NCBI GenBank assembly: GCA_004764695.1
Contig: SMSO01000031.1
Location: 5,624,761 to 5,688,760 of the forward strand
Source of the DNA: Schizochytrium sp. TIO01
Taxonomy: Eukaryota > Protista > Bigyra: Labyrinthulomycetes
Length of the DNA: 64,000 nucleotides
Reading direction: 5' to 3'
Under the pieces are notes generated by a model that ran no database searches, was not told the origin of the DNA, and saw only the letters and a list, made by a program, of their open reading frames with translations. Each line of letters begins with the position of its first letter. The stretch's first letter is position 1. Of the stretch, positions 11,778-23,589 are shown in pieces. The position numbers and the translations under genes were made by a program.

Positions 11778-14700
11778 ATGGCTAGTGCAAGTGTGCCGAG
11801 CGGTACCCTCGTCTTTGTGGCGCACGAAGAGCACAGCTACCTCCCGGCGCAAGTCGTTCGAGCGATTGGAAGCGATGGTGGAGAGGTGGAGCTGCTCCAC
11901 GGGAATGAAGAGGATAGCCTCGTCGGGTCCTCGAGGAACGATGACGTGAAAATAGGTGCCAACAAGCAGAGGTTTTCTGTGCAATCGTGCGATGATGTAT
12001 CTATGATGGACGCTCAGACGGAGCAAGGTGTAGCGAATATGGTGAACCTTCGCGAACTCAATGAGGCATCCATCTTGCATAATTTGCGTGTAAGATTCGC
12101 CAGGGATGAGATATACACGAGCGTTGGCTCCATCCTCGTTGCCGTCAACCCGTTCAAGCTATTACCATTATATACACCAGAAGTGCTTGATGCCTACAGA
12201 ACTGACCGCCACGGTACCAAAGATGCGCCACATGTGTTCCAGGTTGCAGACGCTGCCTACAAAGCTCTCCTCTCTAACAAAGAAGATCAGAGTTGCATTA
12301 TTTCTGGCGAGTCAGGTGCTGGCAAGACAGAAACCACAAAGCTTTTCCTTCAGTTCCTCACAGAGGTCAGCAGCTCTGCTGATGCAGCCGCTTCATTAGC
12401 AGCAGGCAGCACAACTGATGACGATGCAAGAAACGATTTTGACCAGGACTCCACATTTGGGCTTCAAGAGCGGATTCTCCAAGCAAACCCTCTCATGGAG
12501 GCATTCGGTAACGCCAAAACGGTGCGCAACAACAACTCATCTCGTTTTGGTAAATGGATCCAGATCAAGTTTGATACCAAACGAGGATCCATGACAGGTG
12601 GACAAATCACAAGTTATCTTCTTGAAAAATCACGCATTGTGAGTCAAAGTCCGGGCGAGCGTAACTATCATATTTTTTACCAGCTTTGTACTGCTGCCGC
12701 AAATGATGATGAACTGCAAAAGAGGTTGAGACTTGGTGCTGCCGATGAATACCATTATCTCAACCAAAGTGCCACCTACCTTGCAGAGGGGATCAATGAT
12801 GAGCGTGAATGGGAGCGAGTAATGCGTGGACTTGAGGTCATCAAGGTTCCTCGGAGTGACGTTAAGCAATGCCTCAATATTCTTGCCGGAATTCTTCATC
12901 TTGGCAACCTTAGTTTTGATGAACGCGTATCCAGCGGTGATGGCCAAGCAATTCTGAAAAATAGTGTCGTACTAGATGTTTGTGCCAACCTATTTGGTGT
13001 CGAACGCGGTGTTCTTGAACGAGTTCTTACCACGCGTAGTATGGGCGTACGATCGGTCATCTACAAACCATACACTGCGCAAGAAGCTATGAATGCTCGC
13101 GATGCCCTAGCCAAGGCAATATACTCCCAGCTTTTCGATTGGCTTATTGCTCGTATTAATAACTCACTTGCAGAGCATGGCCAGGCTTCCTCCTCCACGG
13201 CATCGCACCAATCCATTGGCGTTCTAGATATCTTCGGATTTGAATGCTTCGTGGAGAACTCCTTTGAGCAACTGTGTATCAACTTTTGCAATGAAAAATT
13301 GCAGCATCATTTCAACGAGCATATCTTCGAACAGGAACAGGCGGAGTACGCCCGCGAAGGTATTGATGCTTGCAGCATCTCATTTATTAACAACCTGCCC
13401 TGTGTAGAGGCCCTCGAGGCCCGCTCATCAGGTGTTTTTGCTATGATTGATGAAGAAATTTCGATTCCTCGAGGCTCCGATAACGGATTGCTCAGTAAGA
13501 TTCTGCAGCAGTCATCCAAATACATCCAAGCAGCCCCTGTTAAAGCGCGAAACAGTCGCACATCATTTGCTGTCAACCACTACGCAGGAAGCGTAATCTA
13601 TGACGTCTCGGGATTCCTCGAGAAAAATAAGGATGCGCTCCACACAGATTTACAGGAATGCATGGCACTATCGAAGAACACTCTTGTAAAGTCCTTTTTT
13701 GACCAGTTTGACAATGGTACCACCATGTCGATGACAAGTTCCCGTGCTAGCTCGAAAGCCAAACGCAAGACTCTTGGATCTAAGTTTAAAGACCAACTTG
13801 GATTCTTGGTGACAACCCTTAATGCAACACAACCACACTTCGTTCGCTGCATTAAGCCTAATGCTGAGAAACAAGGCGACATATTCACTAGCCCTATGGT
13901 TCTAGCCCAATTGCGTTATGCCGGTTTGCTAGAAGTTTGTCGCATCCGGCAACAAGGATTTCCCGTTCGAATTGCGGATGAAGACTTTGTTCATCGCTAT
14001 GGGGCAATCTTATCCACTTCTGCAGCACCGAACGCCAAAGCAGTCTGTGACGGCTTATTGAAGCACAACGGTCTCTTTGACGAAGAAGCCAAGTGCTCAG
14101 TTGATGATTGGCGTATCGGCCGCACCAAAGTCTTTCTGCGTACTCACCTTCATGCTCGTCTCGAACATTTCAGAGAAAAGGCTCTTTTCTCCAAGGCAGT
14201 ATGTATCCAGGCACTGGTGCGTCGCTTTTTACAGCGTCTAGCCTGGCAAAACATTCGTGACTGCTTACAGAATATTGCCGAGGCTCAAACTATCGAAAGT
14301 CTGGAGGCTGCTATCCTCGCTAGTTCTGACCTTCCCCATGGTGGCGAACACATCCCTGCTGTTCAGAACGCCAAGACGCGACTTCACCAACTCGGAGAGC
14401 AACTCCGTGCTGAGAACCTTCTTCGTGATGCACTAGGCTGCATGGAGGAGGCCGCCCTTAAGACTGCCTTAAAAGTTGCCCAGACTGCGGGTCTCGATAA
14501 TAATAACCAAAAGTTCCACGAAGCTCAGAATGCCCTTACCCGGGTGCAAGAAGCACGCGAGGTACATGATGCACTCCTAAAGGCGGTCACAGCTCGCAAT
14601 CTTCCTGAAATTTGCACCCTCTTGGAGAAAGCAACTCAAGAACTTGGGATGACTCCAGAGCAGGACAATGCTGTTCAGCAGGCTACAACTCTGCGGGACC

Positions 14701-17700
14701 GTCTCCAAGGAGAAACTCAGCTCAGTGAAAAGCTTGATCATGTCATCGCCACAGGTCAAACCTCAAAGGAGATTCAGGATGTTCTTACGGAAATTGTGCG
14801 TTGGGGTCTACCCAAGACAGAGAAGATGGCTGCTGCACAGACTATCGCAACCATGCTTTGCACTATCGAAGAGGCAGCTGCTGCTAGAGACTATAAGAAG
14901 CTCCAGGATGCTTTATCGTCTCCTATTCTTCCAGCAGGAAATCGGCCTGCAAAAGCCCAAGCTCTACTTGAAACCTTGGGCTTGGAAAATGCACTGGAGA
15001 TTGCCATGCGTGAAGATAATGTTACTGCGATTGCCGCCGGTCTAGCGAAGCTTGATGCAGATGCACCAGCATCCCTTCGCGCGGCCGCACAGCGTAAACT
15101 GGAGCAAGCCCGTGTTCTTGACCGTTTACGTTCTGATATTTCTCACGAAGACTTAGCGGATGTTGTCACCCAGGCACTTAAGTTGAACATGGATCCTACT
15201 TCAATACCAGAGCTTGCAAAGGCCCAGGCCTCTCTCGATGCAAGTGATAACACCACCACTCAGATGGCTTCTGTGTTGACCCGTTTGACCATTGCAAGGG
15301 ACTTGGAGGGTCTTAAAAGTCTTCCTGGGGCCTCTGATTCACCAGAAATTCAGAGTGCTATTCGCCAGGTGAAACTAGAGCTCGACTTTATTCATAGCCT
15401 CAGTACTTGCAAGACAGTACAGCAGGTAGAGGTTTGTTGCATGAACTCCAAGTGTCATCTCTCAGAGCCTGTATCCAATGCTGCGAAACAGATCAGCTTA
15501 GCCCTCGAGGTCCCAAGAAGCCTTGAGAAACTCGCAGAAGTTGAGGTCTTAGCTGAAGAAAACTTCCTACCTGGTGTAGCTGCGGTTGTCCGCGCTGCCC
15601 AAGCGGGCCGTCGTAACGAAATTGTTCTTGAGAGACGTCTTCGTAGTGCCGTTCAGGAGGAGAACCGTGCCGAGGCGCATGTAATCATGGAACAGCTTGA
15701 TCGTTCGAATCCGGTGTATAAAGAGTGCAAAATTTGGCTTGACCGCGAAAAGGACATTGGCCAGCTAATTCAGGACCTGAAGCACGCTATGCGCGTGTTG
15801 GACCTAGACAAGATCAATATTTTCGTCAACCACTTACTGCAGAGTGGTGCAACGCTTGACAGCGATCTCTTTGAAGAACTGCAGAACCTACTCAAGGAGC
15901 TTAAGGCGCAGCGAAATCAGTGTGCTGAGGTCTATGAGGAGACTAAGGCTTTACAAAGTCGTGCTCAAACGCCCATGTGTATCGCCATGAAGGACCTGGA
16001 ACCTCTGCAAGCTGCATTGGAAACATGTGGTGCAGATCCGAGTGCTCTGGAAATACAGCGAGCGAATGCACTGATTCTGCAACTCGAGGCGCAATATGAA
16101 GCCCAAGAAACTATGGAGGAAGCTTTGAAAGCAGATCGCTTTAAAAAGCTGAAAGAAGCCCTCGAGATTGCTCAAGAGCAAGAGCTGGAGCATCTTGACC
16201 TTGTCGCAAGAGTACGAAAGGCCCTGCGAGTCAGGGATCGAGAACGCCGTGCTAAGCAGCGTGCTGCATTTGAAACTGGCGACAGTGCTCCACGTAATAA
16301 TGCACGACGAAACAGTCGTGCACGCCCCGATGATGATGATGAAGATGACCCTTATGAGTCTGAATGGAAAGAGAGCAGTCCTGAGTCTGGTGATTCTACC
16401 ACACAAGAATCAAGGGCAGAGGCAGTAGCTCGTGAGCGGCAGCTCCGTGAAGAGCGTCGTGACCGTGCTCGGCAAACTCGCTTTGAGTTTATTCACTATC
16501 ATAAAATTCGCTCGGACGAGGATTTTGCACGAGGGGTATTTCTTCATAAATCTCGGACGATTCGTCTAAAGTGCACATTTCAACCCTCAAGTATTTCAAA
16601 GTCTCTCTTGGACCATGGAAGTGACAAAGAGCTTAATAAGGTTGCTGTTCGGATTCACAAGGCCATTCTTGGCTACTGCCGTGACAAAGCAATGTCGTTC
16701 CCCGCCACGATGGCCCAAGACATTCTAATCAAGGGTCTCGACCTTCCTGATATTGTTGATGAGATTTATGTGTTGCTTTGTAAGCATCTCACTCATAATC
16801 CTCGGCCAGAGTCCGTCGGTCGGGGCTGGCAGTTGGTCTGCATGTGTGTCAGTACTTTCCCCCCCTCAGTTGAGTTTGAGCCCTACCTTTTGAACTTTTT
16901 TCTTGCACACTATGAAGTGCCAGGTTTAATTGGTAATTATGCCCGCTTTGCGCTTAGGCGTTTGGAAGGCATGATCCATAGTGGCCCATCGGGATTTGTA
17001 CCTACGGTAGCAGAAATCCAGGCTTACAACGATCGCCCTCCTGTTTTGGCCCGTATTGACCTGATGGATGGCTCAGTGCTTACAGAAGAGCTTCCTGTCA
17101 CTCCTGATCTTGATGTTGGAAAGGTGTCTGAGCTCTGTGCGCACTTCCTTGGCCTACATGATGAACGCAAGTCATTTTTCGGAATTGAACTCAACGGGGA
17201 CATCCCACTGCGTGCAGTAGACTACCTTGGTGACGCCTACATGCGAGCGAACCGCGACAAGACCGATTTCAAGCTTGTTTTTAAGCGTATCGTCGCACTT
17301 CGCTTCTCTGGTTTAGATTTACCCAGTGACTCGGATCCCATGTTCAATCGCTTGGTGTATTTGCAGGTACAGCGTGAATTTATCCAAGGCAAATATGCCT
17401 CTTACATGAACCAGGATATGCTTACAAGATTGGTCGCCTTGTCATACTCAATCGATCGTGGTCAATCAGCATTAAATACTTCTGCCGAAGAGCTTGCTCA
17501 TACACTACCTGGTAGATACGTGTACACAGATGGGTTGACGGACAGTATGCTGATGAGTCTTGCTCATAGAGTTTTGCAGTCCAGTTCAGAATTTGCTCCC
17601 CAGGAGCCAGCAGCTTTGCAGCTCCAGTTTTGGGATATCATTAGACCACTTCCTGGATATGGAGTGTTGTCGTTTGCAACCAATGCCGAGAGGAATGCAA

Positions 17701-17942
17701 TACATATTAGCGATAAAGGCATTGAGTTAGGTGGACAAGCTGTAGGATTTGAGCGAATCCATCGTTGGGGAGGAAATGCGAAAAAATTTACTCTCATCAT
17801 TTGGAATCCGGCGACACAGTCCGAAGAGGAACACGTAACATTAGCTACACCGCATGGTGTCTACATTGGTGGGGCTTTGTTAAACTTCATTTCACACATC
17901 ATGGACTATTCGAAGGACGGTTCTGGCCATGACGAAACCTAA
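11778..17942 (+). CDS. Unconventional myosin: motor domain, IQ-like motif, long helical-repeat region, MyTH4 and divergent FERM-like tail (2054 aa, single exon)
   Basis: P-loop GESGAGKT, switch-1 NNNSSRFG, DALAK, switch-2 DIFGFE, HFVRCIKPN, IQALVRRFLQR, and MyTH4 motif DEIYVLLCKHLTHNP...GWQL...FPPS. Confidence 0.96.
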   Translation: MASASVPSGTLVFVAHEEHSYLPAQVVRAIGSDGGEVELLHGNEEDSLVGSSRNDDVKIGANKQRFSVQSCDDVSMMDAQTEQGVANMVNLRELNEASILHNLRVRFARDEIYTSVGSILVAVNPFKLLPLYTPEVLDAYRTDRHGTKDAPHVFQVADAAYKALLSNKEDQSCIISGESGAGKTETTKLFLQFLTEVSSSADAAASLAAGSTTDDDARNDFDQDSTFGLQERILQANPLMEAFGNAKTVRNNNSSRFGKWIQIKFDTKRGSMTGGQITSYLLEKSRIVSQSPGERNYHIFYQLCTAAANDDELQKRLRLGAADEYHYLNQSATYLAEGINDEREWERVMRGLEVIKVPRSDVKQCLNILAGILHLGNLSFDERVSSGDGQAILKNSVVLDVCANLFGVERGVLERVLTTRSMGVRSVIYKPYTAQEAMNARDALAKAIYSQLFDWLIARINNSLAEHGQASSSTASHQSIGVLDIFGFECFVENSFEQLCINFCNEKLQHHFNEHIFEQEQAEYAREGIDACSISFINNLPCVEALEARSSGVFAMIDEEISIPRGSDNGLLSKILQQSSKYIQAAPVKARNSRTSFAVNHYAGSVIYDVSGFLEKNKDALHTDLQECMALSKNTLVKSFFDQFDNGTTMSMTSSRASSKAKRKTLGSKFKDQLGFLVTTLNATQPHFVRCIKPNAEKQGDIFTSPMVLAQLRYAGLLEVCRIRQQGFPVRIADEDFVHRYGAILSTSAAPNAKAVCDGLLKHNGLFDEEAKCSVDDWRIGRTKVFLRTHLHARLEHFREKALFSKAVCIQALVRRFLQRLAWQNIRDCLQNIAEAQTIESLEAAILASSDLPHGGEHIPAVQNAKTRLHQLGEQLRAENLLRDALGCMEEAALKTALKVAQTAGLDNNNQKFHEAQNALTRVQEAREVHDALLKAVTARNLPEICTLLEKATQELGMTPEQDNAVQQATTLRDRLQGETQLSEKLDHVIATGQTSKEIQDVLTEIVRWGLPKTEKMAAAQTIATMLCTIEEAAAARDYKKLQDALSSPILPAGNRPAKAQALLETLGLENALEIAMREDNVTAIAAGLAKLDADAPASLRAAAQRKLEQARVLDRLRSDISHEDLADVVTQALKLNMDPTSIPELAKAQASLDASDNTTTQMASVLTRLTIARDLEGLKSLPGASDSPEIQSAIRQVKLELDFIHSLSTCKTVQQVEVCCMNSKCHLSEPVSNAAKQISLALEVPRSLEKLAEVEVLAEENFLPGVAAVVRAAQAGRRNEIVLERRLRSAVQEENRAEAHVIMEQLDRSNPVYKECKIWLDREKDIGQLIQDLKHAMRVLDLDKINIFVNHLLQSGATLDSDLFEELQNLLKELKAQRNQCAEVYEETKALQSRAQTPMCIAMKDLEPLQAALETCGADPSALEIQRANALILQLEAQYEAQETMEEALKADRFKKLKEALEIAQEQELEHLDLVARVRKALRVRDRERRAKQRAAFETGDSAPRNNARRNSRARPDDDDEDDPYESEWKESSPESGDSTTQESRAEAVARERQLREERRDRARQTRFEFIHYHKIRSDEDFARGVFLHKSRTIRLKCTFQPSSISKSLLDHGSDKELNKVAVRIHKAILGYCRDKAMSFPATMAQDILIKGLDLPDIVDEIYVLLCKHLTHNPRPESVGRGWQLVCMCVSTFPPSVEFEPYLLNFFLAHYEVPGLIGNYARFALRRLEGMIHSGPSGFVPTVAEIQAYNDRPPVLARIDLMDGSVLTEELPVTPDLDVGKVSELCAHFLGLHDERKSFFGIELNGDIPLRAVDYLGDAYMRANRDKTDFKLVFKRIVALRFSGLDLPSDSDPMFNRLVYLQVQREFIQGKYASYMNQDMLTRLVALSYSIDRGQSALNTSAEELAHTLPGRYVYTDGLTDSMLMSLAHRVLQSSSEFAPQEPAALQLQFWDIIRPLPGYGVLSFATNAERNAIHISDKGIELGGQAVGFERIHRWGGNAKKFTLIIWNPATQSEEEHVTLATPHGVYIGGALLNFISHIMDYSKDGSGHDET

Positions 17943-19208
17943 TGAGAATTCTAAATGATGGTATACTTCATTTTGTTTATTTTTACTTTTTTTGTAATTT
18001 CTTTAATTTTTTTTAATGAAGCGAGAGAGAGAAGGAGGCATTTTTGTACTCCTGTGAAATTCGCTGACACTAAAGTATGGTTGATTTTCCCCACAAAGTT
18101 TCCTGGTTGGTGAACTGTTACACCATACAAGGGACTATAAATACTAGGATGCGATTGTATATTGCATGGTGAAACGTACAACAAAAATGCAAGTTAATAC
18201 TTTATTTAAAAAGATACAAAAAAAAACAATAATGAAGAAAGAACCTGTTACCTTGTTCTTGAACCTTATCTCAGAATATCATGATAAGTCCAAACGATTT
18301 AAAATGCGATTTATCTTCTATATTTAACCTTGAAGCTGACGCTATAGCCCTATACACAAGCAAACGAGAAGCATTATGTCCTCTAAATGTGATAGATCCC
18401 TTTGGATCATATAAAGACAAGACGTCTAACCACCTCTATAATCTTGCCTTCATTTGCGTTGCAGCCTGGATTTAAAGGTGTTCAACCATTGACAAGGGTA
18501 TGTAAACTCGAAGATAAGAGAACAAAAGAAAGAAACCAAATATGAAAGAAAAGAAAATACCTTGGTGGGGGGGTCCTTAATGGCTCCGCAAGTGTTTTAT
18601 GTTGCGTCTTCGGACGTGACTAGAAAAAGGAGACTTCATAGACACTCCTGTTGCATAAAACACTTGTGGAGTGTAAAATTTGCAATAGTAGTAGGAAAGG
18701 AGAGTTTTTATAAAAGTGTAGAAAATCTCGTGAGAGCAGCAGTTTTAACAATCTAAGTATGATTAGACGTGTTGCTAGATGTTGCTGGCTCATAAGAAGT
18801 TCGAGAGTGAAAAAAATACCTGGGTGAGTAGTAAGAAGAGAAAGTACATGGGGACACTAACTGCGCCAGCACGCATATTATGTATGGGGTTAGCAGAAGA
18901 GCGCGCGACAAATAAAGAGTTCGTACAGTGCAACAGCTTTGACCAAATAAAGAAACTTTGGAAAGGCGTGTGAATGTGTGTGTCGAATACGAAAGAGGTT
19001 GCACTAGTGCTCTACTCTGTTGACGGACGGAGTTGCCTGAGCTTTGTTACCTGTAAGGGTTTCATCTGCTTCCGTGGCTTTTTGTTTGTTTGTTAGTACT
19101 AAAGAGGTCCCAATCCTTTCTACCCTTCATTTTGATTCATATACAAAACAAAGGGGTTAGAAAAATGCGAAGAAGAAAGAACAACAAGAGAAAAATGTAA
19201 TGTCCTGC

Positions 19209-20810
19209 TCACACATAGCTTTGGCTGTGTAGATGCGATGTTTGGAACGGAGTGGGGGGGAAACCAAGATTAGCAGAGTAATGATCGCCGCTGCCCCTAA
19301 TGCCATGATGTATGAGGTGCTGGTCGTGCAGCGAGGGGGGAATCCCGCTGTCTTTCATAACCTCAAGAATACGCTCAAGAATGCCCCGCGTGTCATGCAT
19401 GTACTCCAGCGCATCATTGAGTGTACTGGGTACAGGTTTGTGAAGCATGTCTTCGATAGACGAAACAAGAGTATTGCCATTCACATCGACGGGTTCTTCG
19501 AGACGCATTCTCTTGTGGCTGCTTTCAAAACCTTTGCGGTTGAGAGGCGTATCAGAGGAAGAGCGGCAGTGGTCTGGGCTGACTCCCTGGAGGGCACTAC
19601 CAGTAACAGCAACGAGGTGAGGCATCTCTTGGCGGCTGGGGCTTACACGACTTCCATCAACCAACGCGACAGGTCCGTTGGTCTTTGCAAACGGCGAATC
19701 TGGAGATATGATCCATTTGCGATCACGCTGGTCGAAAAGAGCGAAGCTTTCTGCCGGAGGAGGCGGTTCATACTCTGATGAGACGCTAAGCTTTTGCCGC
19801 CCAACAAACCAACGAGGGGTACGGTTCTTGCTTCGTTTATCAAACTCTGCAACCCACATGAAGGAGCTTGGACGCAAATGCCACCAAAGGAATACAAAAT
19901 TGGACCGTGAGGACTTTTCTGGGGTATGAGGCCGCAATGCTTGCAAAACTTCGTGGCGTTGCAGTGGACATTTTGGAGTCGAAAAGTGCTGATACTTCCC
20001 TTGAAGGTCGACTTCGTCCGGGAGTTCATTCTGGCGCCTCTCTGCGCACCATGCGAGCTTGCAGTCACACCGAATCCGCTTGGGTTTATCACGGCGACCT
20101 TCGCTGCTTCTTCGTGAAGCGGTCCCTGATCCACGCGGAGTTGATGGTGATGACGTTGCAGATACATCGTTCCCTCGCGACATATCCAGCAACTGCTGTT
20201 CATTCCCAGCAAACCTACGCTGTGATAAGTCATCCTGAGGAGATAAGTTTATCTCATGCGGATGCTGGTGTCCTTGCTGCAAGATCGTGTGAGGTTGACC
20301 CGATAGAGCCTGCTGTTGCTGTTGAGAGTGGTGCCGCATTTCCATATGGTGGTCTAGCTGTTCTGGCTGATTTTGATGCTGGTGTTGGTTCTGGTTTTGG
20401 TGGTGGATGCCCTGGTGCTGCTGAAGCATCATTTGGGATTTGTTGCTCTGATGGTCATCGAGTTGAGAAATATGAATGTGGTTTTCGCCGCGTTCCAAGC
20501 CGAGCCGCCTCATCTCGGCGTGGTCCCGGTCTCTTCTGTCTTGTTCATCTTCTTCGTCTCCTCGACGTAGAGACCCATGCTGATGGTCCTGTCTCTGCTG
20601 CTGTTGATCGAGCTCCTCCGCAAACTCGTCCAAGCCACGACCCTCAAGCAGGAGCTGCTCGTCGCCGTGATGCTCGTGCCGGGCTCGTCGCCCATCAGCC
20701 ACCAGCATCGGATCATCGCCGCCCAAAACTTCGCCGCTCACCTCGTGCCCCACCTGGTCGGCCCCCTGGGGGCTCTCGGGGACCTCTTCGTCCCGCGGGG
20801 ACTGAGCCAT
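19209..20810 (-). CDS. Q/H-rich putative nuclear protein with a degenerate THAP-like Cys/His motif
   Basis: Long ORF (open to 21047). The start is likely MAQSPR at 20810 or MQGQR at 20861. Poly-Q/H tracts, CDCKLAWC...FSTPK...WWHLRPSSF, basic patch HKRMRLE. Confidence 0.75.
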   Translation of the reverse strand: MAQSPRDEEVPESPQGADQVGHEVSGEVLGGDDPMLVADGRRARHEHHGDEQLLLEGRGLDEFAEELDQQQQRQDHQHGSLRRGDEEDEQDRRDRDHAEMRRLGLERGENHIHISQLDDHQSNKSQMMLQQHQGIHHQNQNQHQHQNQPEQLDHHMEMRHHSQQQQQALSGQPHTILQQGHQHPHEINLSPQDDLSQRRFAGNEQQLLDMSRGNDVSATSSPSTPRGSGTASRRSSEGRRDKPKRIRCDCKLAWCAERRQNELPDEVDLQGKYQHFSTPKCPLQRHEVLQALRPHTPEKSSRSNFVFLWWHLRPSSFMWVAEFDKRSKNRTPRWFVGRQKLSVSSEYEPPPPAESFALFDQRDRKWIISPDSPFAKTNGPVALVDGSRVSPSRQEMPHLVAVTGSALQGVSPDHCRSSSDTPLNRKGFESSHKRMRLEEPVDVNGNTLVSSIEDMLHKPVPSTLNDALEYMHDTRGILERILEVMKDSGIPPSLHDQHLIHHGIRGSGDHYSANLGFPPTPFQTSHLHSQSYV

Positions 20811-21513
20811 TGCGCCGCCGCCGCCACGCGGCTCCTCGCGCAGGCCGCGTTGCCCCTGCATTCGCGCTTTGCCTGCTGCGATGGCGTCGCCGCACAGGCC
20901 GCGCGCGAATCCCACGGGACTCGGATCCACCCTTATCGTGCACGGTAGTATTTCCGTATCCGTCCACAGCTCTATTGCCGTGCACGATAACATTGGTGCC
21001 AGTCTTGTACGAGTCGCACGCTTGACCGCGATCGCGATGAAGGGCACGAATGCACGAGAAACCCAAACTCAGAAGCGGAGGTCACCTCCTTCGAAGGCCT
21101 CCTCGACCGGCCAGGGCTGAGGTCGCCTTCGCGGTCCTCGGCAAGCGCCCAGCCAGCCAGCCAGCCAGCTCTGGACCTGCTGGCGGCGCTTGTGATTCAG
21201 GTTTGTATGTCTTTGGGTGCCAAAACTCAGAACTCGCGATGAAACTCGATCGTTAATAATTTTTTTTAAATTTATTGTAGGTAGGACCTGCCTACGTAAA
21301 ACTATATGTGCAGTGAACGCTGTAAACTCATGAAATGACGAATTCAATGACCAAAGTTGTTTACTTTGGGATCAAAGTTCCCGCAACTTGAAAACTGAAA
21401 GCGTTTCGATCGTGAGCGCAGACGATTGATTAGGTAGATCTGCTTGGAGCGCTCCTGTGGAGCGTCCAACAAAGCACTGTGGTTGGTTGCAGGCCTTTTC
21501 AGGCAGGAGCTGG

Positions 21514-21672
21514 ATTGATTTGTTTATTTGTTTGTTTGTTTGTTTGTTTGTCCAAATTAAGAAATCTAAAGGTGTGCGCATTTTATTGTAATTTGTTATG
21601 TCCGCTTCGTTTTGCTTTGCTTTGCTTTGCTTTGCTTTGCTTTGCTTTGCTTTGCTCTGCTTTGCTCTGCTC
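21514..21672. repeat. (TTTG)n and (GCTTT)n microsatellites
   Basis: tttgtttgtttg... at ~21520-21551; ttttgctttgctttgc... at ~21609-21672. Confidence 0.9.
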
Positions 21673-21896
21673 TGAAGTTCGACCTTCTTCGAGCAGGCCA
21701 CGGTCTCTGTGCAGGTTTGACACGCAGGTGCACAAGTTGAGGGGTCGAGGGCCTGAGGATCGAAGTGCGCAGAAACGATTGATAGATCGACGTTCGAGGT
21801 CGATCGAGATTTTCCTTTTCAGCTCCGCTTCCAAACTTCATTTCGATTTTTCACTTACTTTTCAAAGTTTTTTAGTGTATACTATGATACGATAAT

Positions 21897-21924
<28 letters not shown>
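21897..21924. repeat. (TTGA)n microsatellite
   Basis: Seven copies read directly. Confidence 0.9.
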
Positions 21925-21927
<3 letters not shown>

Positions 21928-23589
21928 TTCATCATATTTTAATTAATTATAAAATTAAGTTTAAAATTAAAGAAACTGTGATAAATTCAACATCCAATTC
22001 AAGTTAAACTTTGAGAGTGCGCGCGCACTCACGGCAGCTGGCCGGGCCGTAGCTAGCTTTGTTGCCAGTTCGCCTCCAGAAACAGAGATCGTGCATGAAC
22101 TTGTTCACGGGCGATCGATCAATCTCTTTCTAGGTTGCCTTGTGTGAGGATTGTGGTACTTGCATGTTTTAGCTTGGAATTAAAGCTTTTTATTGTTACT
22201 TGTTTCCTGTTTATTTAATAGAGTAAATGAATTAGCAGTGAAAGTCGGATGAGACCATGCGCACCTAAAACGGGTTTCGTGGCCTAAATTTTGCAGCAAA
22301 GAAGAACGAAATTGGAGTGCAGGAAGATGGTGGGGATCGTGCGGAATGCGGCGGAAACCGGCACGAGTGGGGCGAAGAACCTAGCTCCGTTTGAGGCACG
22401 TTCTACTCCAAGGTTGCTCATAGTAGTTGTACATAGTCCAGCCGGCGAAGTCTAAAGCAGATCAAAGTCCTGTGCGCGCACGCCATCCATCGGCTTGAAT
22501 GGCGTCAACGAGTGTCCTCGCAATGCCATACCTACTTACAAAGTATGTGTGGCTCTCGTGTGCTGAGACATCTCAGGTGCAGTTAGTTTTGCGTAGTCGG
22601 CGCTGCACCTGATATTCGCGGAATCCAACTGGTCGCTGCGGCTTGGAGCAAAATCTAGGTTTAGAAATGCAAATGGGTGGATGAGGTTGGATTGCGAGTT
22701 TGCAGGAACCGTGACTGATGTCTGTCTACCAACTCTTTGAAAATGCTAAATACCAAAAGCCTTTGCAGGGCCTGAGTGTTCAATTAGAAGACCGGTGAGC
22801 GTGGGGAAACGAAGATTGAATTGCACGCACTTGGCGAAAGCGGTGAGAAGTATGCTCACCGATTCGTTAGTTTGTTTTCATGCTTGCCATCATCCATGTC
22901 GAAGCTATTTAGTGCTCAAGCGCAATTGCACTGACTGTCAGTGCAGGGGCACGTATCTCCAGTAGTTTTGCGTGACTAGTATTTTAGAGCAAAAATGTTT
23001 ATTCTGAACCAACTACTGCAGGGAACTTCAAGTAGTAAAAATTAAAGTAGCCTGTTATGGCTTCTGCACTACACAAGTTGGCAGGGACAGAAGCTGTCTT
23101 TGGAAAGTTCGAATAACATCTACTATGTTTTTTTTTTTTTTTTCTATCGTGACCATGAAGTCGATGCGTTATGCACATGCTGCTCCATGCTGTAGCAGCG
23201 CCACCACCATATCAGAAACAACACAAAAAAAATTAACAAAAACCTAATGTTACTTTAAAAACATCACTACTTCTGCGTATAATGAAGTATATATGAGGCG
23301 CATAGCATATTGCTACTTTTATTAAATGTTCTTGCTTGCATTCTTAAGGAGATTTTGATTGAGAAGATCATCGAATCGATTGATTGGCAACTAGACAAGT
23401 CGACCTGAAAGAATGGCGTTTTCAACTTTGCCGTGGCGAATGAACACAGAAGGGCGCCATATTTTGTGCATGGAAGCTGGGTTCAAAGCATTTGAGTATT
23501 CCAGCATTCGCAACGCCCTAGTTTGTGATGGCTTTGGCACTGAGAAACACCTGAAATTGAGAGCGTAGGTTCAGGGCGGAAGAAGACAT

